A program made the position numbers and the translations under genes. This document shows, piece after piece, positions 55,397-64,000 of a DNA stretch of 64,000 bases (the first letter of the stretch is position 1; each line of letters begins with the position of its first letter). This stretch comes from Methyloceanibacter sp. (GTDB taxonomy: Bacteria; Pseudomonadota; Alphaproteobacteria; Rhizobiales; Methyloligellaceae). Where the stretch lies: NCBI RefSeq assembly GCF_035650995.1, contig NZ_DASRGO010000031.1:60134-124133 (forward strand). The letters are read 5' to 3'. The notes beneath the pieces are model-generated. The model had not been told where the DNA came from, did not search any database, and saw only the letters and a list, made by a program, of their open reading frames with translations.

Positions 55397-56491
55397 ATGA
55401 CCGACGATCCGAACGCCAAGTCTTTCACCGCCTCGCGACGCTCAATTCTGAAAGGTCTCGGCGCTGCCGCGATCGGCATCACACTCTCGGGCAGGACGCG
55501 CCGTGCCTTCGCCGAGGAGGAGAAGAAGCTCAATTTCTATAACTGGGACACCTATATCGGCGAAACCACGCTCGAGGACTTCAAGGATGCGAGCGGCATC
55601 GACGTCAATATGAGCCTGTTCGCCACGAATGACGAATTGTTCGCCAAGCTCCGCGCCGGCAATCCCGGCTACGACGTGATCGTCCCCGGCAGCGAGTTCG
55701 TCGAGCGTATGATCCAGGCCGACATGCTTGAGCCGCTCGACCACGCCAAGATCCCCAACATCAAGAACGTCTCGCCCGAGTTCATCAACGACGCGCCCTA
55801 CGATCCCGGCCGCAAATACTCGATGCCCTATACTTGGCTCGTCATCGGCATCGGCTACCGCAAGTCGAAAGTGAAGGGCGTGCCGGACAGCTGGAAATAT
55901 CTCTTCGATTCCGATCAGTACAAGGGCCGCATCGCCGTCATGTCGGACGCGAGCGAGCTTTTCCGCAACTGCTTCAAATATCTCGGCAAGTCCATCAACG
56001 ACTCCTCGCCCGAGCTGATCAAGCAGGCGGAGGCCGTGCTTACCAAGCAGAAGCCGAACATCAAGTCGTTCCACGAGGACAACGGCCAGGACCTCCTGCT
56101 GTCGGGCGAGGTCGACGTGGTGATGGAGTACAACGGCGATATCGCGCAGGTCATGAAGGAGGACGACGATCTCGACTTCGTGGTGCCGAAGGAAGGCGCG
56201 ATGCGCCAGTCGGATACGCTCGCCATTCCGAAGGGCGCGCCGCATCCGGAGAATGCGCTCAAGTTCATCAACTTCATCTTGGATGCCAAGACCGGGGAAG
56301 AGATCACCAAGACGATCCTCTATCCGTCGCCCAACGCCGCGGCCGTGGCGCTGATGCCGGCGTCCTACAAGGACAATCCGGTGATCTTCCCGCCGGCCGA
56401 CGTGATGGCCAAGTGCGAGTATCCGCGCTACCTCGGACCCGAGTTCACGCGCGAACTCGACGACGCCATGACCAGGCTGCGCGCGTCGTAA
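55397..56491 (+). CDS. Polyamine ABC transporter substrate-binding protein (PotD/PotF family, Tat signal)
   Basis: SRRSILKG, LNFYNWDTYI, GYDVIVPG, YDPGRKYS, VPKEG. Confidence 0.9.
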   Translation: MTDDPNAKSFTASRRSILKGLGAAAIGITLSGRTRRAFAEEEKKLNFYNWDTYIGETTLEDFKDASGIDVNMSLFATNDELFAKLRAGNPGYDVIVPGSEFVERMIQADMLEPLDHAKIPNIKNVSPEFINDAPYDPGRKYSMPYTWLVIGIGYRKSKVKGVPDSWKYLFDSDQYKGRIAVMSDASELFRNCFKYLGKSINDSSPELIKQAEAVLTKQKPNIKSFHEDNGQDLLLSGEVDVVMEYNGDIAQVMKEDDDLDFVVPKEGAMRQSDTLAIPKGAPHPENALKFINFILDAKTGEEITKTILYPSPNAAAVALMPASYKDNPVIFPPADVMAKCEYPRYLGPEFTRELDDAMTRLRAS

Positions 56492-56550
56492 CGAAGCGGA
56501 GGCGCGCGGCTGACGCGAGAAACAGGAGCGAAGAGGGAGCCGAGCCGTCC

Positions 56551-57465
56551 ATGGCGTCCCAGAAACAAGAGCAAAGGCTCAGCTTTCTGGCAACGGCGAT
56601 TCCGCCGGTCGCCTGGATCGTCGTCTTCTTCCTTGCTCCGCTCGCGATCGTGTGGGCCTACAGCTTCGGCGAGAATGCGGGCCTCACCGAGGTCGATATC
56701 AGCGGCACGTTTGCCAATTACGAACGCGCGCTGCAGCCGCTCTATCTCGGCATCTTCACCAAATCGGTGGTGATCGCGGCGCTGACGACGCTGCTTTGTC
56801 TCGTCGTCGGCTTCCCGGTCGCGCTCGCTATCGTGTTCGCGAGCGAGAAGTGGCGGGCATGGCTGCTGCTGCTCATCATGCTGCCGTTCTGGACCAATCT
56901 TTTGATCCGCACCTATGCGCTGATGGCGGTGCTGCGCACCGAGGGCTACGTCAACTTCACGCTCGGGTGGCTGTGGGACAACGCGAGTTGGTTCATGACG
57001 CTGGTGGGGCTCGAGCCGCTCGGCGATTTCACGCCGTTGCAACTGCTCTACACCAACTTCGCCGTAATCGTTGGCCTCGTCTATGTCCACCTGCCGTTCA
57101 TGGTGCTGCCGCTCTACGCCGCGCTCGACCGGCTCGACAAGTCGCTGATCGAGGCGAGCCTCGATCTCGGCGCCGGCCATCTGCGCACGCTGTACTCGAT
57201 CGTGATGCCGCTCGCGCTGCCCGGCATCATCTCCGGCATCATCATCACCTTCGTGCCGGCGCTCGGCGCCTATCTCACGCCGGACCTGCTCGGCGGCCCC
57301 GACAGCCAAATGATCGCCAATGTGATCGAGCGGCAGTTCAAGGTGGCCAACGACTGGCCGTTCGGCGCGGCGCTGTCGTTCTTGCTGATGTACGCGACCT
57401 TCGCCGCGATCGCGCTGCGCGCCTATTTCAGCCGCGGCAAGACGGCCGACGGGCACGGGTTCTGA
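56551..57465 (+). CDS. Polyamine ABC transporter permease (PotB/PotH-like)
   Basis: LPFWTNLLIRTYA, YVHLPFMVLPLY, EASLDLGA, DWPFGAALS. Confidence 0.92.
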   Translation: MASQKQEQRLSFLATAIPPVAWIVVFFLAPLAIVWAYSFGENAGLTEVDISGTFANYERALQPLYLGIFTKSVVIAALTTLLCLVVGFPVALAIVFASEKWRAWLLLLIMLPFWTNLLIRTYALMAVLRTEGYVNFTLGWLWDNASWFMTLVGLEPLGDFTPLQLLYTNFAVIVGLVYVHLPFMVLPLYAALDRLDKSLIEASLDLGAGHLRTLYSIVMPLALPGIISGIIITFVPALGAYLTPDLLGGPDSQMIANVIERQFKVANDWPFGAALSFLLMYATFAAIALRAYFSRGKTADGHGF

Positions 57466-57467
57466 CC

Positions 57468-58292
57468 ATGGCCAAGCAACGCCGCGCCCCGCTCGAATAT
57501 AACAGCATGTGGCAGATACGGGTCTGGCTGTTTTTCGTGTTCTTCTTTCTCTACGCGCCGCTCGTGGCGCTGATGGCGTTCAGCTTCAACGACAGCAAGC
57601 GCAACACGGTATGGCGGGGCTTCACCCTCAACTACTATCACAAGCTCTTCAATGATCAGGCGCTTCAGATCGCCTTCGCCAACTCATTGATGATTGCGTT
57701 CATGGCGACGCTGGTGTCGCTCGTGATCGGGGCGCTCGCGGCGGTGTTGCTGTGGCGCTACCGGTTCACCGGCAAGACGGCGGTCGAGGGCGCCTTCACC
57801 TTGCCGATCGTGGTGCCGGAGATCTGCATGGGGGTCGCCATGCTGTTGTTCTTTACCCGCGTCCTCCCCTGGCCCAACGATCTCATATGGCCGTTCAGCC
57901 TCGGATCGATCACCATCGCGCATGTGTCATTCTGCTTTCCCTTTGTTGCGCTCGTCGTCGGCGCGCGGCTCGCAAGCTTCAACAAGGAGCAGGAGGAGGC
58001 GGCGCGCGATCTCGGCGCCAACGATTGGCAGGCGTTTCGCGACGTTCTCTTGCCGCATATGCGCCCGGCGTTGATCGCCGGCGCTCTCCTGTCCTTCACG
58101 CTGTCGCTCGACGATTTCGTGATCACGTTCTTCACTTCGGGACCTGATACGATCACGTTCCCGGTCAAGGTCTATTCGATGCTGCGCTTCTCGGTGACGC
58201 CGGAAGTCAACGCCGCATCGACCATGCTGATCCTGATCACCATCGCTCTGATGGCGATGATGATGGTGATACAGGGCCGCGAGCGTAAGTAG
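57468..58292 (+). CDS. Polyamine ABC transporter permease (PotC/PotI-like)
   Basis: FLYAPL, SFNDS, VPEICMG, EEAARDLGA, FTLSLDDF. Confidence 0.92.
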   Translation: MAKQRRAPLEYNSMWQIRVWLFFVFFFLYAPLVALMAFSFNDSKRNTVWRGFTLNYYHKLFNDQALQIAFANSLMIAFMATLVSLVIGALAAVLLWRYRFTGKTAVEGAFTLPIVVPEICMGVAMLLFFTRVLPWPNDLIWPFSLGSITIAHVSFCFPFVALVVGARLASFNKEQEEAARDLGANDWQAFRDVLLPHMRPALIAGALLSFTLSLDDFVITFFTSGPDTITFPVKVYSMLRFSVTPEVNAASTMLILITIALMAMMMVIQGRERK

Positions 58293-58301
58293 CCGCAAGG
58301 G

Positions 58302-59462
58302 GTGGATGACGTGGACCAGAAGCTCGCCAACGCCAATATGGGCGCCGTCAAACCGATCATCAGCTTCCGCAACATCACCAAGCGGTGGGGATCGACGGTC
58401 GCGGTGGACAATGTGAGCCTCGACATCGTGCCGGGCGAGTTCTTCGCCCTGCTCGGCCCGTCGGGTTGCGGCAAGACGACGTTGCTGCGCATGCTCGCGG
58501 GGCTCGAGATTCCGACCGAAGGGCAGATTCTGATCGACGGCCAGGACATGGCCGACATTCCGCCCAACAAGCGCGCCGTGAACATGGTGTTCCAGTCCTA
58601 TGCGGTGTTTCCCCATATGACGGTCGCCGACAACGTCGCCTACGGGCTCAAGATCGATGGTGTACCGAAGCCCGAGAGGGACAGACGGGTGCAGGAGGCG
58701 CTCGACCTCGTCCAGCTCGGCCATCTCGGCGAGCGCATGCCCGATCAGCTGTCGGGCGGGCAGCGCCAGCGCGTGGCGCTCGCGCGCGCGCTGGTCAAGA
58801 AGCCCAAGGTGCTCCTGCTCGACGAGCCGCTCTCGGCGCTCGACGCCAAGCTGCGCGAGGCGATGCGCTTCGAGTTGTCGCAGCTCCAGCAAAAGGTCGG
58901 TATCACCTTCATCATGGTAACGCACGATCAGGACGAGGCGCTCGCCATCGCCTGCCGCATCGCGGTGATGAACAAGGGGTCGATCGCCCAGCTCGGCACG
59001 CCGTCAGATCTCTATGAGTTCCCGTCGTCGCGCTTTGTCGCCGACTTCCTCGGATCGGTGAACATGTTCGAAGGCAAGATCGTAAGCGACAAGCCCGACG
59101 AGGCGGTGGTGACTTGCCCCGAGCTCGATCCGTACCCCGTGCACGTGCCGCATTCGGTGCCGGGCCAGGAGAATTCCGCGGTGTGGGTGGCCATCCGCCC
59201 GGAGAAGATGAACCTCAACAAAGATGCGCCGCGCGCGCCCTCGGTGCCCGAGTGCCCGGACGCGCACAACGTTGCCAAGGGGCAGATCAAGGACATCTCC
59301 TATCTCGGCGATATTTCCATTTATCACGTGCAGCTTGCCAGCGGCCGGTTGATCAGAGTATCGCGTCCCAACCGCTCGCGCTTCGATCAGGACCACTTCA
59401 GCGCGGGCGAGACGGTGTGGATCAGCTGGGTCGGCTCGAGCCCGGTCGTGCTCCAGTCCTGA
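58302..59462 (+). CDS. Polyamine ABC transporter ATP-binding protein (PotA/PotG-like)
   Basis: GPSGCGKTT, FQSYAVFPH, LSGGQRQ, LLDEP, VTHDQ, TOBE tail. Confidence 0.94.
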   Translation: MDDVDQKLANANMGAVKPIISFRNITKRWGSTVAVDNVSLDIVPGEFFALLGPSGCGKTTLLRMLAGLEIPTEGQILIDGQDMADIPPNKRAVNMVFQSYAVFPHMTVADNVAYGLKIDGVPKPERDRRVQEALDLVQLGHLGERMPDQLSGGQRQRVALARALVKKPKVLLLDEPLSALDAKLREAMRFELSQLQQKVGITFIMVTHDQDEALAIACRIAVMNKGSIAQLGTPSDLYEFPSSRFVADFLGSVNMFEGKIVSDKPDEAVVTCPELDPYPVHVPHSVPGQENSAVWVAIRPEKMNLNKDAPRAPSVPECPDAHNVAKGQIKDISYLGDISIYHVQLASGRLIRVSRPNRSRFDQDHFSAGETVWISWVGSSPVVLQS

Positions 59463-59512
59463 CCGCTTCACGTTGCAGCAACACCAATCTTCCCGGGAGA
59501 ACGGAACGCCCC

Positions 59513-60805
59513 ATGCCAACGTCTGCTGAGCTTCACGAGCGGAGGCAAGCGGCCGTCGCGCGCGGCGTCGCCCATGCCACCTCGATTTACGCCAAGCGCG
59601 CCAAGAATGCCGAGATCTGGAGCGAGGACGGCAAACGCTACATCGATTTCGGTGCGGGCATCGCCGTGGTCAACACCGGTCATCAGCATCCCAAGATCGT
59701 TGCCGCCGTCGAGGAGCAACTCAAGGCGTTCAGCCATGTCTGCTTCCAGGTGACGCCGTACGAATCCTATGTGAGCCTTGCCGAGCGCCTGAATGCGATC
59801 GCGCCGGTCGAACGCCCGGCCAAGACGATGCTGGTCTCGACCGGTGCCGAGGCGGTCGAGAATGCGATCAAGATCGCGCGCGCCTTCACCGGCCGTCCGG
59901 GGATCGTCTCCTTCAGCGGCGGGTTTCACGGCCGGACGCTGATGGGCATGGCGCTTACCGGCAAGGTGGTGCCGTACAAGAAGGGCTTCGGGCCGTTTCC
60001 CGCCGACGTCTATAACGTTGCGTTTCCCAACACCTATCACGGGGTGACCAGCGAAGAGAGCCTCGCCTCGCTCAAGTCCCTGTTCAAATACGTGGCGGAC
60101 CCTTCGAGCATCGCCGCCGTCATCGTCGAGCCGGTGCAAGGTGAGGGGGGCTTCTACATCGCCCCATTCGATTTCCTGCGCGCGCTGCGGGCAATCTGCG
60201 ACGAGCACGGCATCCTCTTGATCGCCGACGAGATTCAGACGGGCTTCGCCCGTACCGGAAAGATGTTCGGGCTCGAGCATTCGGGCGTCAAAGCCGACGT
60301 GGTCAGCATGGCCAAGGGGCTTGCCGGCGGCTTCCCGCTCTCGGCCATCACCGGCCGCGCCGAGGTGATGGACGCAGCCAATCCGGGCGGCCTCGGCGGC
60401 ACCTATGCCGGCAGCCCGATCGCCTGCGCGGCGGCGCATGCCGTGCTCGACGTGATCGAGGAGGAGAAGCTCTGCGACCGGGCCAACGCGATCGGCGCCA
60501 TCATCCTCGACCGCTGCAACAAGATCAAAAACTCCAATCTCAATTGCGTCGGCGACGTACGCGGCCTCGGCGCCATGTGCGCCATCGAGCTGGTCAAGGA
60601 CAAGGCGAGCGCCGAGCCGGCGCCGCAGCTCACGCAGGCCTTGATGAAGACCGCCAACGAGAACGGACTTATCCTGCTTTCCTGTGGTACATACGGGAAC
60701 GTCATCCGCTTCCTCGTGCCCTTGACCGCGAGCGATACCATCGTCGGGGAGGGCATGGATATTTTCGAAGCGAGCCTCACCGAAGCCGTGAACCGGGTCG
60801 CGTGA
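59513..60805 (+). CDS. gabT: 4-aminobutyrate--2-oxoglutarate transaminase
   Basis: YIDFGAGIAVVNTGH, TGAEAVENAIK, FHGRT, EPVQGEGG, ADEIQTGFARTG. Confidence 0.93.
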   Translation: MPTSAELHERRQAAVARGVAHATSIYAKRAKNAEIWSEDGKRYIDFGAGIAVVNTGHQHPKIVAAVEEQLKAFSHVCFQVTPYESYVSLAERLNAIAPVERPAKTMLVSTGAEAVENAIKIARAFTGRPGIVSFSGGFHGRTLMGMALTGKVVPYKKGFGPFPADVYNVAFPNTYHGVTSEESLASLKSLFKYVADPSSIAAVIVEPVQGEGGFYIAPFDFLRALRAICDEHGILLIADEIQTGFARTGKMFGLEHSGVKADVVSMAKGLAGGFPLSAITGRAEVMDAANPGGLGGTYAGSPIACAAAHAVLDVIEEEKLCDRANAIGAIILDRCNKIKNSNLNCVGDVRGLGAMCAIELVKDKASAEPAPQLTQALMKTANENGLILLSCGTYGNVIRFLVPLTASDTIVGEGMDIFEASLTEAVNRVA

Positions 60806-60847
60806 GCTTCCAAATTTCTTGAATCGATACAGACATCAGGACCTCAC

Positions 60848-62173
60848 ATGAGCGCGAAGCTTGCGACCAACGACCTCGAAGCTTTTTGGATGCCGTTCAC
60901 CGCGAACCGGCAATACAAGAAGGCGCCGCGGCTGCTCGTCAGCGCCGAGGGCATGTATTACACGGCGAGCGACGGACGCCGCGTGCTCGACGGCACGGCG
61001 GGACTGTGGTGCGTCAATGCCGGGCATTGCCGGCCGAAGATCGTCGAGGCGGTGAGGAAGCAGGTCGGCCAGCTCGACTACGCCGGCAGTTTCCAGATGG
61101 GCCACCCCATCGCCTTCGAATGCGCTTCCAAGCTCGTCAACGTGGCGCCAGAAGGCTTCAACCACGTGTTCTTCACCAACTCGGGCTCCGAGTCGGTCGA
61201 GACCGCGCTCAAGATCGCGCTCGCCTATCACCGCGCCAAGGGCAACGCCTCCAAGACGCGCCTGATCGGCCGCGAGCGCGGCTATCACGGGGTGAATTTC
61301 GGCGGCACATCGGTCGGCGGCATCCCGAACAACCGCAAATGGTTCGGCGCGCTGCTCTCGGGCGTCGACCACATCCGCCACACCCACGATCTCGCCCGTA
61401 ACGCCTTCTCCCGCGGCGAGCCCGAGCACGGCGCGGAGTTCGCCGACGATCTCGAGCGCCTCGTGGCGCTGCACGACGCCTCGACCATCGCCGCGGTCAT
61501 CGTCGAGCCGGTGGCGTGCTCGACCGGCGTGCTCGTGCCGCCCAAGGGCTATCTCAAGCGGCTCGCCGCCATCTGCGCCAAGCACGACATCCTGCTCATC
61601 TTCGATGAGGTCATTACCGCCTTCGGCCGCCTCGGCGCGCCGTTCGCGGCCGACTATTTCGGCGTCTCGCCCGACATCATCACCACCGCCAAGGGCGTGA
61701 CCAACGGCACCATCCCCATGGGCGCGGTGTTTGTGAAGGCGAAGATTCGCGAGGCGTTCCTGCAAGGGCCGGAGGAGGTCATCGACCTGTTCCACGGCTA
61801 CACCTATTCCGGCCATCCCGTGGCGTGCGCCGCCTGCATCGCCACGCTCGAGACATATAAAGAAGAGGGACTGCTCACGCGCGCGGCCGAGCTTGCGCCC
61901 TATTGGCAGGAGGCGGTGCACTCGCTAAAAGGCCTGCCGCACGTCATCGATCTCCGCAATATCGGCCTGATCGGCGCCATCGAGTTCGAGCCGATTCCCG
62001 ACGCTCCCGGCAAGCGCGCGCATGCGCGCTTCGTCGAGGCGTTCAATCGCGGACTCCTCACCCGCGCGACCGGCGACATCATCGCGCTGTCGCCGCCGCT
62101 CATCATCGAGAAGCGCGAAATCGATCAGCTGTTCGACATTTTCTCCGGCGTGCTCAAGTCGGTGGCCGACTAA
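60848..62173 (+). CDS. Omega-amino acid (beta-alanine):pyruvate aminotransferase
   Basis: FWMPFTANRQ, DGTAGLWC, TNSGSESV, RERGYHGVNFGG, FDEVIT, HGYTYSGHP. Confidence 0.88.
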   Translation: MSAKLATNDLEAFWMPFTANRQYKKAPRLLVSAEGMYYTASDGRRVLDGTAGLWCVNAGHCRPKIVEAVRKQVGQLDYAGSFQMGHPIAFECASKLVNVAPEGFNHVFFTNSGSESVETALKIALAYHRAKGNASKTRLIGRERGYHGVNFGGTSVGGIPNNRKWFGALLSGVDHIRHTHDLARNAFSRGEPEHGAEFADDLERLVALHDASTIAAVIVEPVACSTGVLVPPKGYLKRLAAICAKHDILLIFDEVITAFGRLGAPFAADYFGVSPDIITTAKGVTNGTIPMGAVFVKAKIREAFLQGPEEVIDLFHGYTYSGHPVACAACIATLETYKEEGLLTRAAELAPYWQEAVHSLKGLPHVIDLRNIGLIGAIEFEPIPDAPGKRAHARFVEAFNRGLLTRATGDIIALSPPLIIEKREIDQLFDIFSGVLKSVAD

Positions 62174-62191
62174 AGAAGGGATCGCGTTTCC

Positions 62192-63688
<1,497 letters not shown>

Positions 63689-63689
63689 G

Positions 63690-63724
63690 AAGCCGGTCCG
63701 CTCGAGGGAGGAGCGGACCGGCTT
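63690..63724. terminator. Hairpin between convergent mmsA and ald
   Basis: AAGCCGGTCCGCTC-GAGGGAG-GAGCGGACCGGCTT, a perfect 14-bp stem. Confidence 0.6.
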
Positions 63725-63770
63725 GAGACGGACGCGATGGGGGGATTGCGTCCGCTGGGGTTGGATTACT

Positions 63771-64000
63771 TTAAGCCGCGCGCAACGCCCTCGCGTTCTC
63801 GATCCGGTCGAAGCCGAGCGAGGCCGCAACCGCGGAATGCATGATGCGGCCGTCGCGCACGTTGAGGCCTGCGGCGAGATGCTTGTCGTCATCGAAGGCG
63901 GCGAGGCCCCGATCGGCGAGCTTGATCACGAAGGGCAGCGTCGCGTTATTGAGCGCCTGCGCCGAGGTGACAGGAACCGCGCCCGGCATGTTCGCCACGC
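63771..64000 (-). CDS. ald: Alanine dehydrogenase, C-terminal part (runs off the window)
   Basis: ANMPGAVPVTSAQALNNATLPF...LAAGLNV. Confidence 0.85.
   Translation of the reverse strand, partial: VANMPGAVPVTSAQALNNATLPFVIKLADRGLAAFDDDKHLAAGLNVRDGRIMHSAVAASLGFDRIENARALRAA

Overview
GC-rich alphaproteobacterial chromosomal segment (Hyphomicrobiales/Rhizobiales-type gene order and intergenic repeats; taxonomy is inference). About 65 plausible CDS. The first 39 kb is mostly core genome: hemF, petABC, a methylthioadenosine-salvage set (mtnP, apt, mtnA, plus a class II aldolase-SDR fusion), ychF-pth-rplY...prs, pgeF-midA-lgt, ubiK-proC, marR-ompR-envZ/ilvE, bluB, moaDE-pgsA-uvrC. Small secreted or membrane ORFs are scattered through it. 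The last 24 kb (40-64 kb) is an almost entirely co-oriented amine/polyamine catabolic island: a TorF-type porin with an in-frame TAG, two APC permeases, a choline-kinase-like phosphotransferase coupled to a GcvT-type flavoprotein, gamma-glutamylation enzymes, a Pot-type ABC transporter, GabT/GabD, an omega-amino acid aminotransferase, MmsA and alanine dehydrogenase. I saw no tRNA, rRNA, CRISPR array, transposase, integrase or phage gene. The best leads are the MTA-salvage aldolase-dehydrogenase fusion, the kinase plus GcvT module, a sigma32-type bistable C-rich sRNA candidate, a dense GANTC/DnaA-box intergenic region, an orphan PruR-like pterin-binding protein, an 8-Cys secreted miniprotein, and several operators visible directly in the sequence. 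All family calls come from motif recognition by eye. No database searches or folding computations were run, and start codons are best guesses.
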